A stretch of DNA of 64,000 bases from positions 7,068,001 through 7,132,000 of the forward strand of contig NC_092671.1 in assembly GCF_964355755.1 (NCBI RefSeq). The letters run 5' to 3'. Origin of the DNA: Antedon mediterranea (taxonomy: Eukaryota > Animalia > Echinodermata). The notes under the pieces were generated by a model that was given only the letters and a program-made list of their open reading frames with translations, searched no databases and was not told the DNA's origin. This document shows positions 24,801 to 39,800 of the stretch, piece by piece. Each line of letters opens with the position of its first letter. Position 1 is the first letter of the stretch. Both the position numbers and the translations under genes were made by a program.

Positions 24801-27800
24801 AACCTAAAAATAAAGATGACATTTTTGCATTCAGAAAAAACAATTATTTCATGAAGTGACGTAAGCATTCGCACCTCTTTTTTTCCACTCGTTCAAAATG
24901 ATGTTGCCGGCCTACATTCTTTTGTCATGTAGTTCTCTGTCCAATTTTAATTACTAAGTTACAACACAAGACAATTATCGTACAATAATTAAAGAAATAG
25001 AAAACATGAAGGCGATATAACCATCGTTCCTGATAATAACCAAAAAAATCATGAATTTTCTTTCATTACTGAATTTGAAGATTTATGCTATGTTATCGGA
25101 ATTCTAATCGGTGTTGTTGTTTCAACAATATGCAAATGAAGATCGTGGCATAATATGCAAATGAATATCGTGGCATAATATGCAAATGAAGATCGTGGTA
25201 TAATATGCAAATGAAGATCGTGGCATAATATGCAAATGAAGATCGTGGCATAATATGCAAATGAAGATCGTGGCATAATATGCAAATGAAGATCGTGGCA
25301 TATATACAGATACAGCTAAACGTTATTCCATCATTCACAGGAAATTCACAAGGTCGCAGATAAAGAAAAATAATGATAAAATTGATATAATATATTTACC
25401 TTGTATACTTGGTAATTTTCTATGATTGTATCAAAGCATGTGTATAAATCATTTAAAAGATCTACAACCTATATATAGCAAAATTAAAAAAATGAATAAC
25501 GTCAAGAAGCGCAAATTCATTTGAAAATAATAAACACATTTTATAATCTTAACTTCAGGCCATGGATGTATCTACTTAAAACAATCTCAGTTGAAAAAAT
25601 GAATAAAACAATCAATCTACAAAATACAAGAAATGCTTTAAACATTCTTAAATTTATTCATCAGTTTAATTATAGAAACATTATTTTTGTAAACAAGTTC
25701 CCGTATGAAAAGAGTACTATAATCTCAAAGGTATTGATAATATTAATTATTATTTTAACGGCTTTATAGTATATTTTCTAAAGTTCATGAATCGTACTTA
25801 CGTAAAAACAAGAAAAAAGAATATTAGCATAATAGAATAAGTAGCTAATTTAGAAATCGATTAGGCTACAATAAAAGGTCCAATATGTAACCTACTTAGT
25901 AGTGAAATGTGAAAAGAGAAGGGGAAAATTGATCTTTGGTAACCAACCAAATTAGACTTGCTTATTAAGCTTACATTCAATTTATTTATAGAATTAATTA
26001 AACAAATGCGAGATTAATTTATTATATTACCGTTTATAACTTGAGTTTTAGAATCTATTTATCTTGCGCTTCTTTGACGATTATTTTATGTTATGAAAGG
26101 CTCGAAAAATGAAACTATAATTATATTAGCATATATACAGTTTAGGCCTACAGGTATGAGTAACTAAATAGGCATATTTGATGATGACGTCACGTTATTA
26201 AGGCATACCGCATTGCACGATATCAGAAATGATTTTGTATTGACCTGAAGAGGACTGCTTTCGGATGCTAACTTGGTAAATCCAACGATGTCACTAAAAA
26301 ATATTGTAACTTCTTCAAAGGTCTCCGGCTGAACCACTTTCCCGCGTTTCAGACTATCAGCTACTAACCTGAAAGAAGAAAAAGTCAGCACATACTATGA
26401 ACGAAGGCATGTGTCAAATATGTTATACAATTTATAAGCCTGTTTTCATTAGGCGGTTTAATCCGTTTTGTATGATACTATTTTTTTATGTAAATGAAGA
26501 TCAGAAATACAAATTAAAGACACTGCTAGCTTAACAAACATAACGTTATAAATAATATAAAGATGCAAAGACAACTTACTGATATAATATTACCAACAAT
26601 TAAAAAATTAAGTAATATTTTCAAATGACTGCTGTAGAAATTACTTGCCTATTTTCATTTCCCTTTCATCACAATAACACATTTATTCCCTCCTGACTGC
26701 TAAATGTTCTTTTTAGTATATTAATCTATTATTAGTATTATGCAGTGCAATCATTTATAAAGTGTTTGCAAATGCGAACTTGTATACGTGAGGGTATGAG
26801 GTATTTAAGTATTAAAGTGATTTCAATAATTAAACTTTAGTAAAAATAATAAAAAACAACTAAATATGTTCATATAATTAAGTAAATAATAAAAAAAAAA
26901 ATGACTATGCCACGCGGAGAAACGTCATCAATAGTATAAACGCATGATTGATTGCTAAAATTATCTTTTCTAATTTGATAATATAAATTAAAATAAAAGA
27001 AATGGATGCCGGTGTAACACCAAATTAGGTTCGGTACCTAATTATGGTAATTCTTCAAATACCATTTCTTAAATTGGACAGTAATTCTATTCAAACAATT
27101 ATTAATTTTTGACATTTGTATATTCAAAATAATTTAATATTTATACTAAATAAGGTTAATGTTTATTAATAGCCTTGTCAAATATCTGAATAATCTGTCT
27201 AAATAATATAATTATTACTGTTAATAGATTTTTTTAGCCTATACAAATACAATTATTTTCTTAGCAGTGATAATGAAGGATGTGTATAATATCTATTAAT
27301 AGAGCATTGAGTAGGCCTATTGATAGACAGTTAAAACGCGAATAGAGAAGTCGTAGGCCTAAGCATTTAGTATCACCGTTGTATCCGTGTTACAGCAGGC
27401 CAAACCACATGGTAAACCTTATTAAAGGCCCATTCACACTAGGACGATAACGATCGACGATAATAGACAATAATTTGCATTTTTCATACATAAAATAAAA
27501 GAAATATAAAACCTTTTCATTCTAGAACTATAGAATAACCATCTATGCTGTCTTTGATGAAAATTATATTTTCACACGTCCAATCAAATGACGTCATGAT
27601 TAGTAAGAGCAATAATATCGTGACAATACAACGATTTTATTATTTTTATGTATCATGACGTCATTTTATTGGAATTTTAAAAATATTATTTTTATCAAAG
27701 ACAGCATAAATGATTATCCTATAGTCTTAGAACGAAACCCTTTCTAATTTCCTTTGTTTTATGTTAAAAAAATGCATGCTTATATATTTATCGTCGATCG

Positions 27801-30800
27801 TTATCGTCCTAGTGTGAATGGGCTTTTACACTGTTTCATCTTTGTGTTATTCTTTATCTATAAAAACAATTAAGACGTCAATGAAAAAAAATATTATACT
27901 TAGGTAGCATTTGATAAAGTAACTCATCAGTCTTCTTCTTTTCGTCGGCAAGTTGCTTTGTTCTTTCATCAACAAGTTCTTCAAGATGTACCGCATGTTT
28001 CTCAAGCATCGCTACCATATTATCAATCAGATTTCCACTTCTATTATCATTAAAACAAACACAAATTGTTAGTTTCTATAGATATCACTATAATTTATTA
28101 TATTAGATATGTTAGTTTGTTAACAAACTTTAGAGAAGATTAAAAAAATTAGAAAATAAACAAAATATAAAAAGAAACAAATGTGCAAAAAACAAAAACA
28201 CACCTCCCTGATGATACCTTCTTGAGATAGTTGAGTATGTAGCTAAAAGCTGGTCTGCAAGTGGGATCTTCGTCCCAACAGGTCTTCATCAACCGAATGA
28301 TCTTACTGTACTTTATATCATGTTTGTCTACTTGAGGTCGGAATGGAGGATTTCTGATAGCTTTAACATTACAAATTATTTCTAAGTAGAAATAAATAAG
28401 AAACATAATACTTTATTAATACATTGACTGAATAACCTATTACATCATAATGAATAATGGATAAAATTATTCACTGGAAACCAGTATAAGAATATCTGAC
28501 CTTTAACCTTAATCATATACTTTAATAAAATAATGCCAATATATAAAGTTACCGTCTGCGTCGACTTCCATCATACAATAGGGGGCGTCCCGCAAAATGA
28601 TTTCCTGAAGAATGATACCGTATGAATAGATATCCCCTTGTTTTGTATTGTTACATCTGGGATAGTTGCAGCGAAGAAGCTCTGGAGCTGTCCATAGAAG
28701 TTCTTAGGAAGCAATAAAATGTGTATTTAATTTGCAAATACAAAACAAAAGAAAAACTAGACCATAGATGTAGCCTCATTATGCTAATTAATACTAAAGG
28801 AAGGAACACCAACATTATCTTGATTGCTCTGCAAATCATCATTTACAACTAGCATATAAAATCAGCAAGAGCACCCTAAATAAAACTGTTGTCATTATTT
28901 CAATCTCGCTGATGTCATTTTCATCACCATAATCATCATAATATTCATAATCATTGATACATTTTAATTGTTTATCATAAGCATATTGTCATAAACAACC
29001 ATATTATGGAATAAGTCCGGTCAGAACATTTACTACATACACCAGAAGCCTCACAACAAAACGACGAATTACCATCATACAGCTATATTTACGGTTCAAA
29101 TTAATTAGTACATCACCATCTCTTAATTATTATCATCAGCAGCAACAGATCATTATCAGATAATTATCATAACAATTATACTTAATCGATACTAAAAAGG
29201 TCATTTTCATCGCATCAGTCATGAATAATACTATCTTGTATCTTCACAATAGCACTATTATTACTAATCACCTTTGTTATCATCATCAACGCTAATTTCA
29301 TATTCTGTGCATCTGTCTTACAATAATTATTTCATACACCTCGAAGAGACACTAAAGTTAGCATGTTTAGCTCACTCTACAAAACTGACGCGATCCCAAA
29401 CGTACAAGCGCCGGCGTCAACTTTAGTGTCGCGCCGGCGTCAACTTTAGTGTCTCGCCGTTGTATTTGTGACTGAATTGTATCTTACTTGCGTCACATGT
29501 TGCTTGGTCTAAATTGTAGCCATTTCTTAAGCTACATAGCCCAAAATCGGAAACTTTACAAACCCAGCGACTGTCAACTAAACACTTAGAAGATTTTAAA
29601 CGTCCATGCGTCTCAATGGATGTACCATGCAAATAAGCCATGCCCTATAATTAAAGATGAATGTAATGCGTTTAACGATTTAATAGAAAGTGTTTTCTTA
29701 ACGGATATGTAATGTGTAATAATATATAAAGCTTGGTTCCCACTAGAACGTAACGCAATGACGTAAACGCAACGCAAGCGTTTTAACCAATGACAAGCAA
29801 AGTTATAGACAAGCGAATAAGCCATCGTTTGTGATTGGTCAATTCACCTGCGTTGCGTTACGTCCTTGCGTTGAGTCGCTAGTGGGAAACACGCTTTATG
29901 ATGTTGGTAACAGTGGTTGGAGATACAAACAAGTAAAACGATATTAGATAAGCCAGTGTAAAAGTAAATAGTCAGACTGAAATGAAACACATAATATAAG
30001 CCTACAACACACAATATATTTTTTATTCGGCTAGACGAAAACGATCTATTCTCGCATATCACAACCCTGCATCAATTCGGTTTCATGTTACACACTGTGT
30101 GGTTTGTGTCGATAATGTTAAGTCATTTTTCATCATTATTTCGCCATTTATTCACCTCACTAATGAATTAATATTTAAAAAATTCACACTTATCTTACTT
30201 TTGCGATGTCAGACGCAAATGACAACTTAAAGAGGTTGTCCAGTTTAATGTGGTCGTTCATCAACACATCCTAAAAATATATAATTGTATACATTACTAG
30301 CACTACGTGTAACAATTAACCTGACATTAACTGGTACATTATGAATGAACTACGTACGATTCTGCATGCTCTCATAGTAATCATAAATGGTGATTTTGTT
30401 TTCTCATTATGGTACATAAAGCTTGGTTCCCACTAGAACGTAATGCAATGACGTAAACGCAACGCAAGCGTTTTAACCAATGACAAGCGAAGTTATAGAC
30501 AGTTAGCAATCACAAGCGAATAAGCCATCGCTTGTGATTGGTCAATTCACTTGCGTTGCGTTACGTCCTTGTGTTGCGTCGCTAGTGGGAACCACGCTTA
30601 AGATTTCACACATGTAACATATTATAATTATAATAATAATAATTAATTAATGCTTGGTGCTCAGTAGAGACGCAACGCAAGGACGTAAGTGATTTGACCA
30701 ATCACAAGCGATGGATTATTCAAACTGTCGCTTGGCATTGGTCAACTTGCTTGCGTTGCGTCTACGTCCTTGCGTTGCATCTCGATCTTAACTAACAAGG

Positions 30801-33800
30801 TGCCAAATGCAATGGCCAGTCGTTGTTTCATCAAAAACGACGAATCAGAAGTTATAGATAGGCATACACAAATTATTATGCTCTAATTGCCATATTAATA
30901 TTGAAGGCTTTATGTAAGCGGTTTGCTGTCTCAGACAATCATACCTGTTTCTAGATTATAATATATCATGATAAAACTACATATGTATCTTACCTGTAAG
31001 CTACCACGACTGCAATAGTTTGACAGAATACAGATATTAGGCGATTCAATGCAAGCTCCAACAAGTTGGTTGACGTTCATGTGATTTAGTTCACGTACCT
31101 ACAGAGAAATATATATTCAAAATACGATACAGTACGTTTCTTAACATAATGGTATAATATTATATTATAATATGTATATACTTATTATAAAGTAAACTGT
31201 GTCCAAGCAGTCTACTCTTATTTACAATTATATGGTCTGTACTAGTATTGTTCCAGACGGAGTTAATATTAGTAAAAAGATAAATATTTTGGCACATATA
31301 GTGTTTCATACGTATACTACTGGTAGACCAACACAATACAGACTTGGAGCAAGTCTAGGTCTGCACGTACTTCTTTAAATTCTTTAAGAAGTTGTCGGTT
31401 TAACTGTACGGTTGGACCTTTTCCAAGTTGTTTAATTGCCACACGTGTTCCGAGATAACAGCCAACCTTTGTATACTTCAGTTCGCCTACTAAGGACAGA
31501 GTACTCCCATCAGAGGTCCCTACTCTGTCGTTTACCTGCAATAATAGAAAAGAGCATATAACTAGAAATTATCCAACTTAAAGTTTAATTATTATACAAA
31601 TTATGAATGTTTATGAGTGTAATGGTACAAAATAATAGCACGAGGTGAATGATGAAAGGTTATATTTCAACGACCATTGTTTATATTTTCAACGACCGTT
31701 CCATAGTGTGTACTATTGCACGCCATGTGACCCACAATCGAAATATCAATTTATTTAGGTGAAAAGTGTACCAAGTTCTTTAATGTGCACTATATGTACA
31801 CGGGACCAACGGCTTTACATCCCATCCGAAGGACGATACAATGAGAGTAAATCATCTTGCCTAAGGATGCTATCAGTATGGTACAGATAAGCTCGAACCT
31901 ATGCCTATGACATGCTAGTCCGATATTATCATTATATCATCACTCTCTGGTATATAGGAAAGAAGCTAAGATAATTAAGAAATAATGATATCTTTGTAAT
32001 GTTTGAAAGAAGGAAATAAATATCGGTTGATTGATTGACTATTTTGTAAAGCAATAACATTTACGAACGTCAAATAAAAATATGTGTTTTTGTTTTGTTT
32101 TTTTATGCTGATTCTAAACGGGAAATGAACGACCAAAATCTGTCTTATTAAGTTTTTGATTTGATAAATTTAAGATACTCAACAATACTTAATTTTCATT
32201 CAGTCAATCAGTGAATTTGTTGTCACAATGCGGCATCATTATCACCGATTATATAATAAATACGTTATATTAGGACAAGACAGTAAAGTTTTATTTATAT
32301 CCTTGCTTAAGTACAAATTAATTTCAGTTTGTCCATGCTATACTTTTCTGTTGATCACGGTCATATTTTTAGATGTTATGGTTCACTAGACTGACGTCAA
32401 GGGTAATTGAAATAATGATTTTTTTCATAAATACAAAGTATAAAGCTACGTTTTACTCAAAGTTTTTATAATAAAATACAAATCAATTGACTGATTCCGT
32501 TACTTTGGCAATGCTTGCGTGACTTCTGGGAAATGATGTCGTTCCAAATATCGTCATCTCATCTTCAGTTTCGAACGATATATCCGAGTAATCAACTCGC
32601 CATGACATATTTTCAAGCTCTCGTTCGTAAAGACGATTCCTAGAAAATCAATAATAAATAAAATCGCTCTCCTTGAATTTCTTATGAATGAAAATAGACA
32701 CCCATTTCGATAAATTGATGTATTTGTGTTTTATTTATTTTTTTTGTATAAGGTTTGTCTGACTTTTATTTCAGCACCTATCTAAGAATAATAAATATTA
32801 ATTCGATTAATGTTATGAAATAGTGTTTCAACATTGTTTGCTTGAGTTTATTAGGCCTACGTTTTTGTAATGTTATAGATTACCTGTAGAATATATAAAC
32901 TATGATGCATAAAACACACAGAAGCAAAACAACGGCAGAAATACCAAGAATTACTACTTGATCTGTGTAAAAAAATATTAAAAGAATTCATCAACATATA
33001 AAATATATATAAATATTTCGCAAGCATTGAAATAAACGTCTTCTGGAGGCTTGGAATAGACTTACTGTAACCCCGAATAGTTCGGTGGTCTAATATTTTA
33101 TGGGTTTTATTTTTATTTTCTTATTGGTTATTTTGGTTTTTATTTATTCATAGGGTTCCCTTTCGAAATATCAAACGCTTTATCACAGGTGCTATCGCAA
33201 GCGTGATGCAACGCAAGAACGTAGACGCAACGCAAGCAAATTGGCCAATGGCAACCGACAGTTCGAATAATCCATTGCCTGTGGTTTGTCAAATCACTTA
33301 CGTTGCACTTACGTCCCTAGTCACGTCTCTAGTGGGTAAGCATTAATAAACATTTACCGAGTGATGTTTCTTTACACAGTTCGTTATCCCAACCACACGA
33401 TGGTTCTCCAATAGGCTTTTCATGTCCACCACCAGGCCACACTACTATGCTTGAAATCTCGTTAAAGTAAGCATTTCTAAGATGAATTAAGACATTCATG
33501 TTTAGTTTGTAGATAGCTTCATAAACTTCGTACAATAATATCACGGCAATTTCCAAGCCCATCGCACAGAAATTACGTTCAATGTGTTCCCTCCAGGGAA
33601 TAAGCCGCTTATGAGCTTACTCCAACCAAAATTCCGGCTCAAGTTTACAAACGCCGGGACGTCAATCGATTGGCTCGAAAGTGTTCTGTACTTTATTGGA
33701 CCCTTTCCTCATCTCCAAACCTCAGGCAGGAACCCTTTTCCATCCTTACTTAATCCATTAGCTTTTAAAATCTGAGGTTCCATAATTCATACACAACTCA

Positions 33801-36800
33801 AACAATATCTCACCCCTAGATCAAAAATGGCTAGAGGGTTTCAAAATATTTTCCAATAAAAGGCTTTCTATTAAAATGTTTCAAATTAAATTATATTTGT
33901 AATGCATATTTAGGTATTTAACTATAGGCTTTTTTTTAATAAATATCACTATTCCTTCATTTTTTTTTTACAGAGTGGAGAAAAGCTTGTGGAATTACAT
34001 GAAGAATGTGAAACCATGGTTATTAGTAACATCGACCAGGGATGATTCCGATATTACTCACTCTCATATTGCCTTGACACAATATATATAGAAAATGATT
34101 TATCACCTGAAGTAAATTAAACAAGACAATGCATGACTGTTGAAATAATCCCCAGATATAATAATCTTAATTTTTTTAAAGATTACCTGGTGTTAGTTGT
34201 GTCACTTACGTACCTGCTTTGAAATGATGCTATTGTAACCAAAGTTCCATTCTGATTGTTCTGTAACATGTAATTAGGGCGCCGGTCACCTAGGAGGTCA
34301 ATTGATACCATACCATCAACGCCTACAAGGTGTAAATAAAACATAAACACAATTATTATCAACTTCTTTTACGTGATTTGATTTATTTGCATGAATAAAA
34401 TGACATACAAAATGGAACAGTAAAAACTGGATAACCAAAGAAAGTTTATTAGAAACTTATTTCTATCTGGGTCCTTTAGAATTTACTGATACCTTACTGA
34501 TTAGTCATAGGTAAACTGACAGTTAATTAAGATCATTGTGTATAGATATTGAGGGAATGTGTGTAATTAGTTATGTAAATCGGATCGTGTACGTCACTAA
34601 ATAATAACAATCTTTTAGAAACACAATGGTGAATGAAAAAAGGTATACGTAATTGTTACATAATTTTGAAACCATTCTAAAACCATAGATGCACTTGTAA
34701 AAAGAAGTTCTCCTCGTTGCAAACATGTTAATAGCACTACAATGCTTAGTTAATATCTATTATTATATTATATTTAGATTGCCTTTTGGAATTTTCCTCG
34801 TTCACTGATTTTTCAAAATAATTGTTAGTTAATAGTTGTACAAGTTAAGTAATTTTACCACTGAATTCCCAATCAAACAGATTTTTCCCAATTTCACTTC
34901 TGTCATCCGGGTCAGCTCCTTCCCCTAAACTCTTGTTTAGAGCTAGTGCATAGAGATATACTGAATCGTAGATCAACGCTGCTTCCAGGGATACCTCGTA
35001 ACAAAAACAAATACACACTTTAAAAAATATAAATCTTTAGGATTCTAATAAAGGAAATGGTGAACATACCATCGTGTTTGGGTATAAAATCATATTATAT
35101 TATATATATATTATATCATATTATATTGAGGGCGTTAACTTTTCACTCACTCTCTCTTATACTCTGTGTTTTGTAATGTAATCACGTTTTACCTGTTCAT
35201 CCTCGGGCAACTCATAATTAAATGGTGCTTGGTTAGTTTTCAATCTGACGTCATCTTTGAATTGTTCATACTCCAAAGAAGATGGTTCAAGTAGTTTTAC
35301 ATCCATTAGACCTAAGAAAACAAAGCATAAACTGAAAGATCATAATTATCATCAAGCATATTCGCAAGAGGGCGACAAAGAAGACAACATATTTATCATG
35401 TAATGTTCTTCCATTTCTACGTAAAATTAAACAAAATAAACATTCGATGAAATTGAATATATTAAACAGAAATCAAAATACTATATGAAAACTGATGATT
35501 ACAATAAATTGTAGGTCCGTCAAAAATATTTAGATTTTGTAATAACAGTTCGATGAAAATACCGCTATTTATTAGGCCGGCTAAAAAAGACACATACTTG
35601 AATATTGCTGACAATTCCGTACACTGTATACATAGGTTATAATCGACAACAAGACAACACTATAAAATCTAATTCATTTGGGAAATATGATAGACATGTT
35701 GATTTTAATGTGTCATTGGGGTGGAAAGTACCGTAACAAACCCCGAGAGGAACACCATTTGCTCTTAATATGATTTTACGGTATTTGAAGTAAATGATTT
35801 ATAGTAAACTATTATACAGGGTTAATAATTTCATGAAGATATCTAGTTCATCGCGGTAAACGAATCATCCCTGAGCTACACTGATACTTTGTGATTAGTC
35901 ATGTCTAACGTCAATAACTTTATTTTGAAATCAATCTTTGACGATTTAGGCCTACTGTACTTTGTTTTTTGGACAAAATGTGCAAAATAACTTAATGTAC
36001 AATACCAGAAAGAACGACGTATAATACGTATTCACAGTAAAGCTTGGTTCCCACTAGAGACGCAACATAAACGCAACCTACGCAACGTAAGAAAATGCCC
36101 TCCCAATAATTGTGTTTGCCCCCGCCTGCGAGAAATCAAACCTGCGATTTTTGCAGCACTGTTGAGTCGTCGCTTCACTTGTGATTACGCAATACATCAC
36201 TTTGCGTCAATACGTCGCTTTGCGTTCCGTTCTAGTGGGAAAATGGCAAAATCAGCACTGTGGTCATGTTGCAAGAGTTGTCAAAACAATAATTATCGGA
36301 TGAAACTCTTAGAAAGTAGGAAGCCTCTTGTCATTTTCTCCCTGACTGTTCAATACAATCTATTTGGTCAAATTGGCTTATAGTTTATTTACCTTCAAAT
36401 GCCTCGTTTGCCTCTTCATCCCGTCCATCATTTCCCATCCATCCGTTAGCCCCAAAGCGTGCGTCAAGCGTAACCTCGACGGAGAAGAACGCGTACTCGC
36501 CATTCAGCATGTTGGAACTTTTAGCCAATAGCAACACGTTTCGTACATCGCTTCCATAGGCTAAAATAATGAACACTGTAATGGAAATTAACATTATACA
36601 GTAATTAGTATAAAATCATGATTATAATTTGATTAATATTGTTTAATAATAATATGGATCAACACTAATATGACAACAAAATATCTTATGAAACAAATGA
36701 ATATAATAACTATTTCATATATTAAACAAAGGTGTCTAAAGTATTTTGTAAGTGTTCTTCAAGTATATGTTGTTTAAGGAATCGTAAAGTGGCTGAAGTC

Positions 36801-39800
36801 TACGCCAAGTTGCCTAATCTACTGTACCTGTAAATTCCTGTATCAATGTCCTTTTATATATTTTGATTTACAGTATAGATGTTTCTAATTTATTTCGGTT
36901 TAAACAAATCCGAAGTGGCTACGTGCTATTTTTACATAGGAATGACGCAATCGTATGTAATTGTACTAAAACTTGTACCAAACAATGATGTTTGAGTTCT
37001 ATTCAATCGATTAATTGTAAAGTTCAGCTTCAAAACCAACTTTTTTCTTTAAACTCAGGTGCAATTTTAATTTGTTTATTTTTGTTCAGAAGCTTAATCA
37101 TTGAGACAATTACCATAGATAAATTCGTAAACCTAAAACCTATTTTTTATTGTTTTCATTTAGCTTATCCATTCTACATTTTGCAAGTGATGTTTGACAT
37201 GCTAACGAGAAATAGTATAGGCCTTAGAGACCAGTTGTCTACCGTTCAACTGTATATAAATCCATAAAGAGACAATGATTACCAAATAAATAATATTTGA
37301 TAAATTTCTCTTAATTAAACAATCATCCACCGGTCATCAACTACATTCAGTCTCCTATAAATCTCGGATTTATTGCCTAATGTTGTCAAAAGATTCGATC
37401 TCCGGTAACAAATTTCGCATTAAATAAACTGTTTTGTTAAAACAACGTCAAATTCAATTTGAAAATGTTTGGAATCATTTCATCATTATTGACGGAAGTC
37501 TTGACCATTGTTTATTTACTATGGGATCCAGACTGTCAAGAGAGTATCTTAAATTCATGAGTACTGTAAAAAACACATCAAAGCAACTTATATCACGTCA
37601 TGAGTAAAGAACTATAATATAAACCTATCTTTAAGATTGATTATAGTCGTTGACATTGAAAGAAAAATGAGAACGAAGGTTGTAAAGGTTCTGATATACA
37701 GACTTTTGGAATCACGGTTCCCATACAGACAAATGCTGTCGAGTTTACCCTTCAAAGCTATATAGGCCTACAGTTAGGAAAACCTTGAGTAAAATTTTTA
37801 CTAATAATAAGATCATAAAATATCGTATAAGATAAGGACTATTTTGATCATGTGAACTCTGATATAAATCTCAAACAGATGAACATGGTTATGAATTACA
37901 AACAGAAGTTATTTGCAATTTCATTAAAAATAATAAGAAGGAGCGTCTTAGTGTACTTCAATGTTGTTTGAACTTTGTACCAAGCGTCAAAGATTAAAGA
38001 ATGAGGACCAAATACAATAATATATATTCCAAATAATTTTAATTAAATTAATCATGTAGTTATCATATCGCTAAATTAATATTTTCTCACTACAATACAG
38101 CAGTGAAACAGAATGAAATCATTACTAAATCCTGAATTACTGTATAATGACGCAACAGCACCATCATATTAATCAATTAGATACCAACATTAAATACGTT
38201 GCTAAAACAAATAGATAATAATTATGAATTAGTTAATAATAGTGCTTGGCATCAAGCCTATTAATCACATAGTCACGTGTGAGTTTTAGTTAGCATTATT
38301 CTGTGATTTCCATTATATTTATATTCTATCACCTAGGTCTTGAACTTTACTACAATTAAACGCCAGTAAAAACAGTGCAATGCAGAGGAATTTGCGCGCA
38401 GCACATAAACACATTTGCAGGATATTTTAGAAAGTTAAAATTTGTATTAGTGAATTGGTTGTTGATGGCAAGACAATAATTGTAATTTCGTAAAGGTCAG
38501 ATTGACAGAAGAACTCAGTTATCTAAAACAAGATAATGGTGGGCAATGTTCAATCTTATTAGTTTACTTAATATATAATATTGTTGACACGATTGTGCTC
38601 CTGCTTATTGCAGATGCTTTAATTCTCACGTACCCGATGGTAATGGTCAATGATAATGGCCGAATACTTGACCAATATTAAAAAATAAACAGTAGAGTAT
38701 ATGCACTTAATCTGCACAAGTACAACTAATGAATGTTCAAGATGAAAACAACTTACAGTAAAGAAGGAAAGAAGTCGAACACTACCTTAGATAAAATATT
38801 TTAAATGGAAGATAAATAAATAATAATTAAGATCGACTAAAAACACAAGAAAGAAGGAATGGTACTAGAGATAGAGCAGGCTAGATAACGAACAGTAACG
38901 TAAAGAATGAAGGAAAGAAGATAGAATAATATTAAAAAGTGAGGAAAAAAGAATTGGAGGCGGATTGGAGAGAGAGGAGAAACAGCAGAACTAATGGCAA
39001 CATAGTAAATGAAGCACAGGAAACAAGAAGTAAGAATTAGAAGTGAGGTAGAAATAATTAGAAACAGTAATATAGGGAATGAAGAGGCTGGTAACAGGAT
39101 GGAAGAAATTATTTGAATTAAGGTAGAATGAAGAAGAATAAGAATTAGATGTTAATTGGAGAAAAGGCAAGAATGTTGAAATAACTAATGGAAAATGCAG
39201 TAGACTGGAATAATTAGAAGTGGGAGAGGTTTGGAGAAATGCTAGAATGAAGGGGCTGGAAACAAAACTGAAAAACGAATTAGAAGAATGAAGAAAATAA
39301 GCACAAAAAAAGAATATGTTAGGATAAAGGATTGAAAACAAGTTGGAAGGAAGTAGTGAGATAGAATGGAGAAAATAACGTAGAAGTGAATGGAAACATT
39401 GTAGAATGTAAACAGGACATTAATGTAATGTAACAAGGCCATATAGATAGCTGCAGTCGCGTGCTTAGTGTTTACCGACCAACCGACCAACCTACCAACT
39501 GACCGAAATTACTGAACATGTTTAAAAATGTTAAAATGTTTAAAAACAGTTATATATTTTTAATTTACACGTGCGTAGCCTGTCACTTTTCACGTGCTCG
39601 TATAACGTAATTTCGAGTTGAAAAGTAAGTCAAGAAAACATAAATCGGGCAAAAAGAGTGCGTAATAACATTTAACGCGCAGTGCGCGCGCAAAAATCTG
39701 CGCACTCATGGCAATTTTGTAAACGCTTAAAATTGCCTGAAACGTACTCTTATTTCATCGAAAATTAATTTTGAAAATTTTAAGCGCGCATGCGTTACAT

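Noticed and set aside
25088-25338. Two repetitive minus ORFs; the array could be mistaken for CRISPR
   Set aside because: It is a pure 25-bp tandem repeat with no unique spacers, in a eukaryotic intron.
38991-39490. Hydrophobic minus-strand ORFs
   Set aside because: They are by-products of the purine-rich low-complexity tract and an adjacent repeat.
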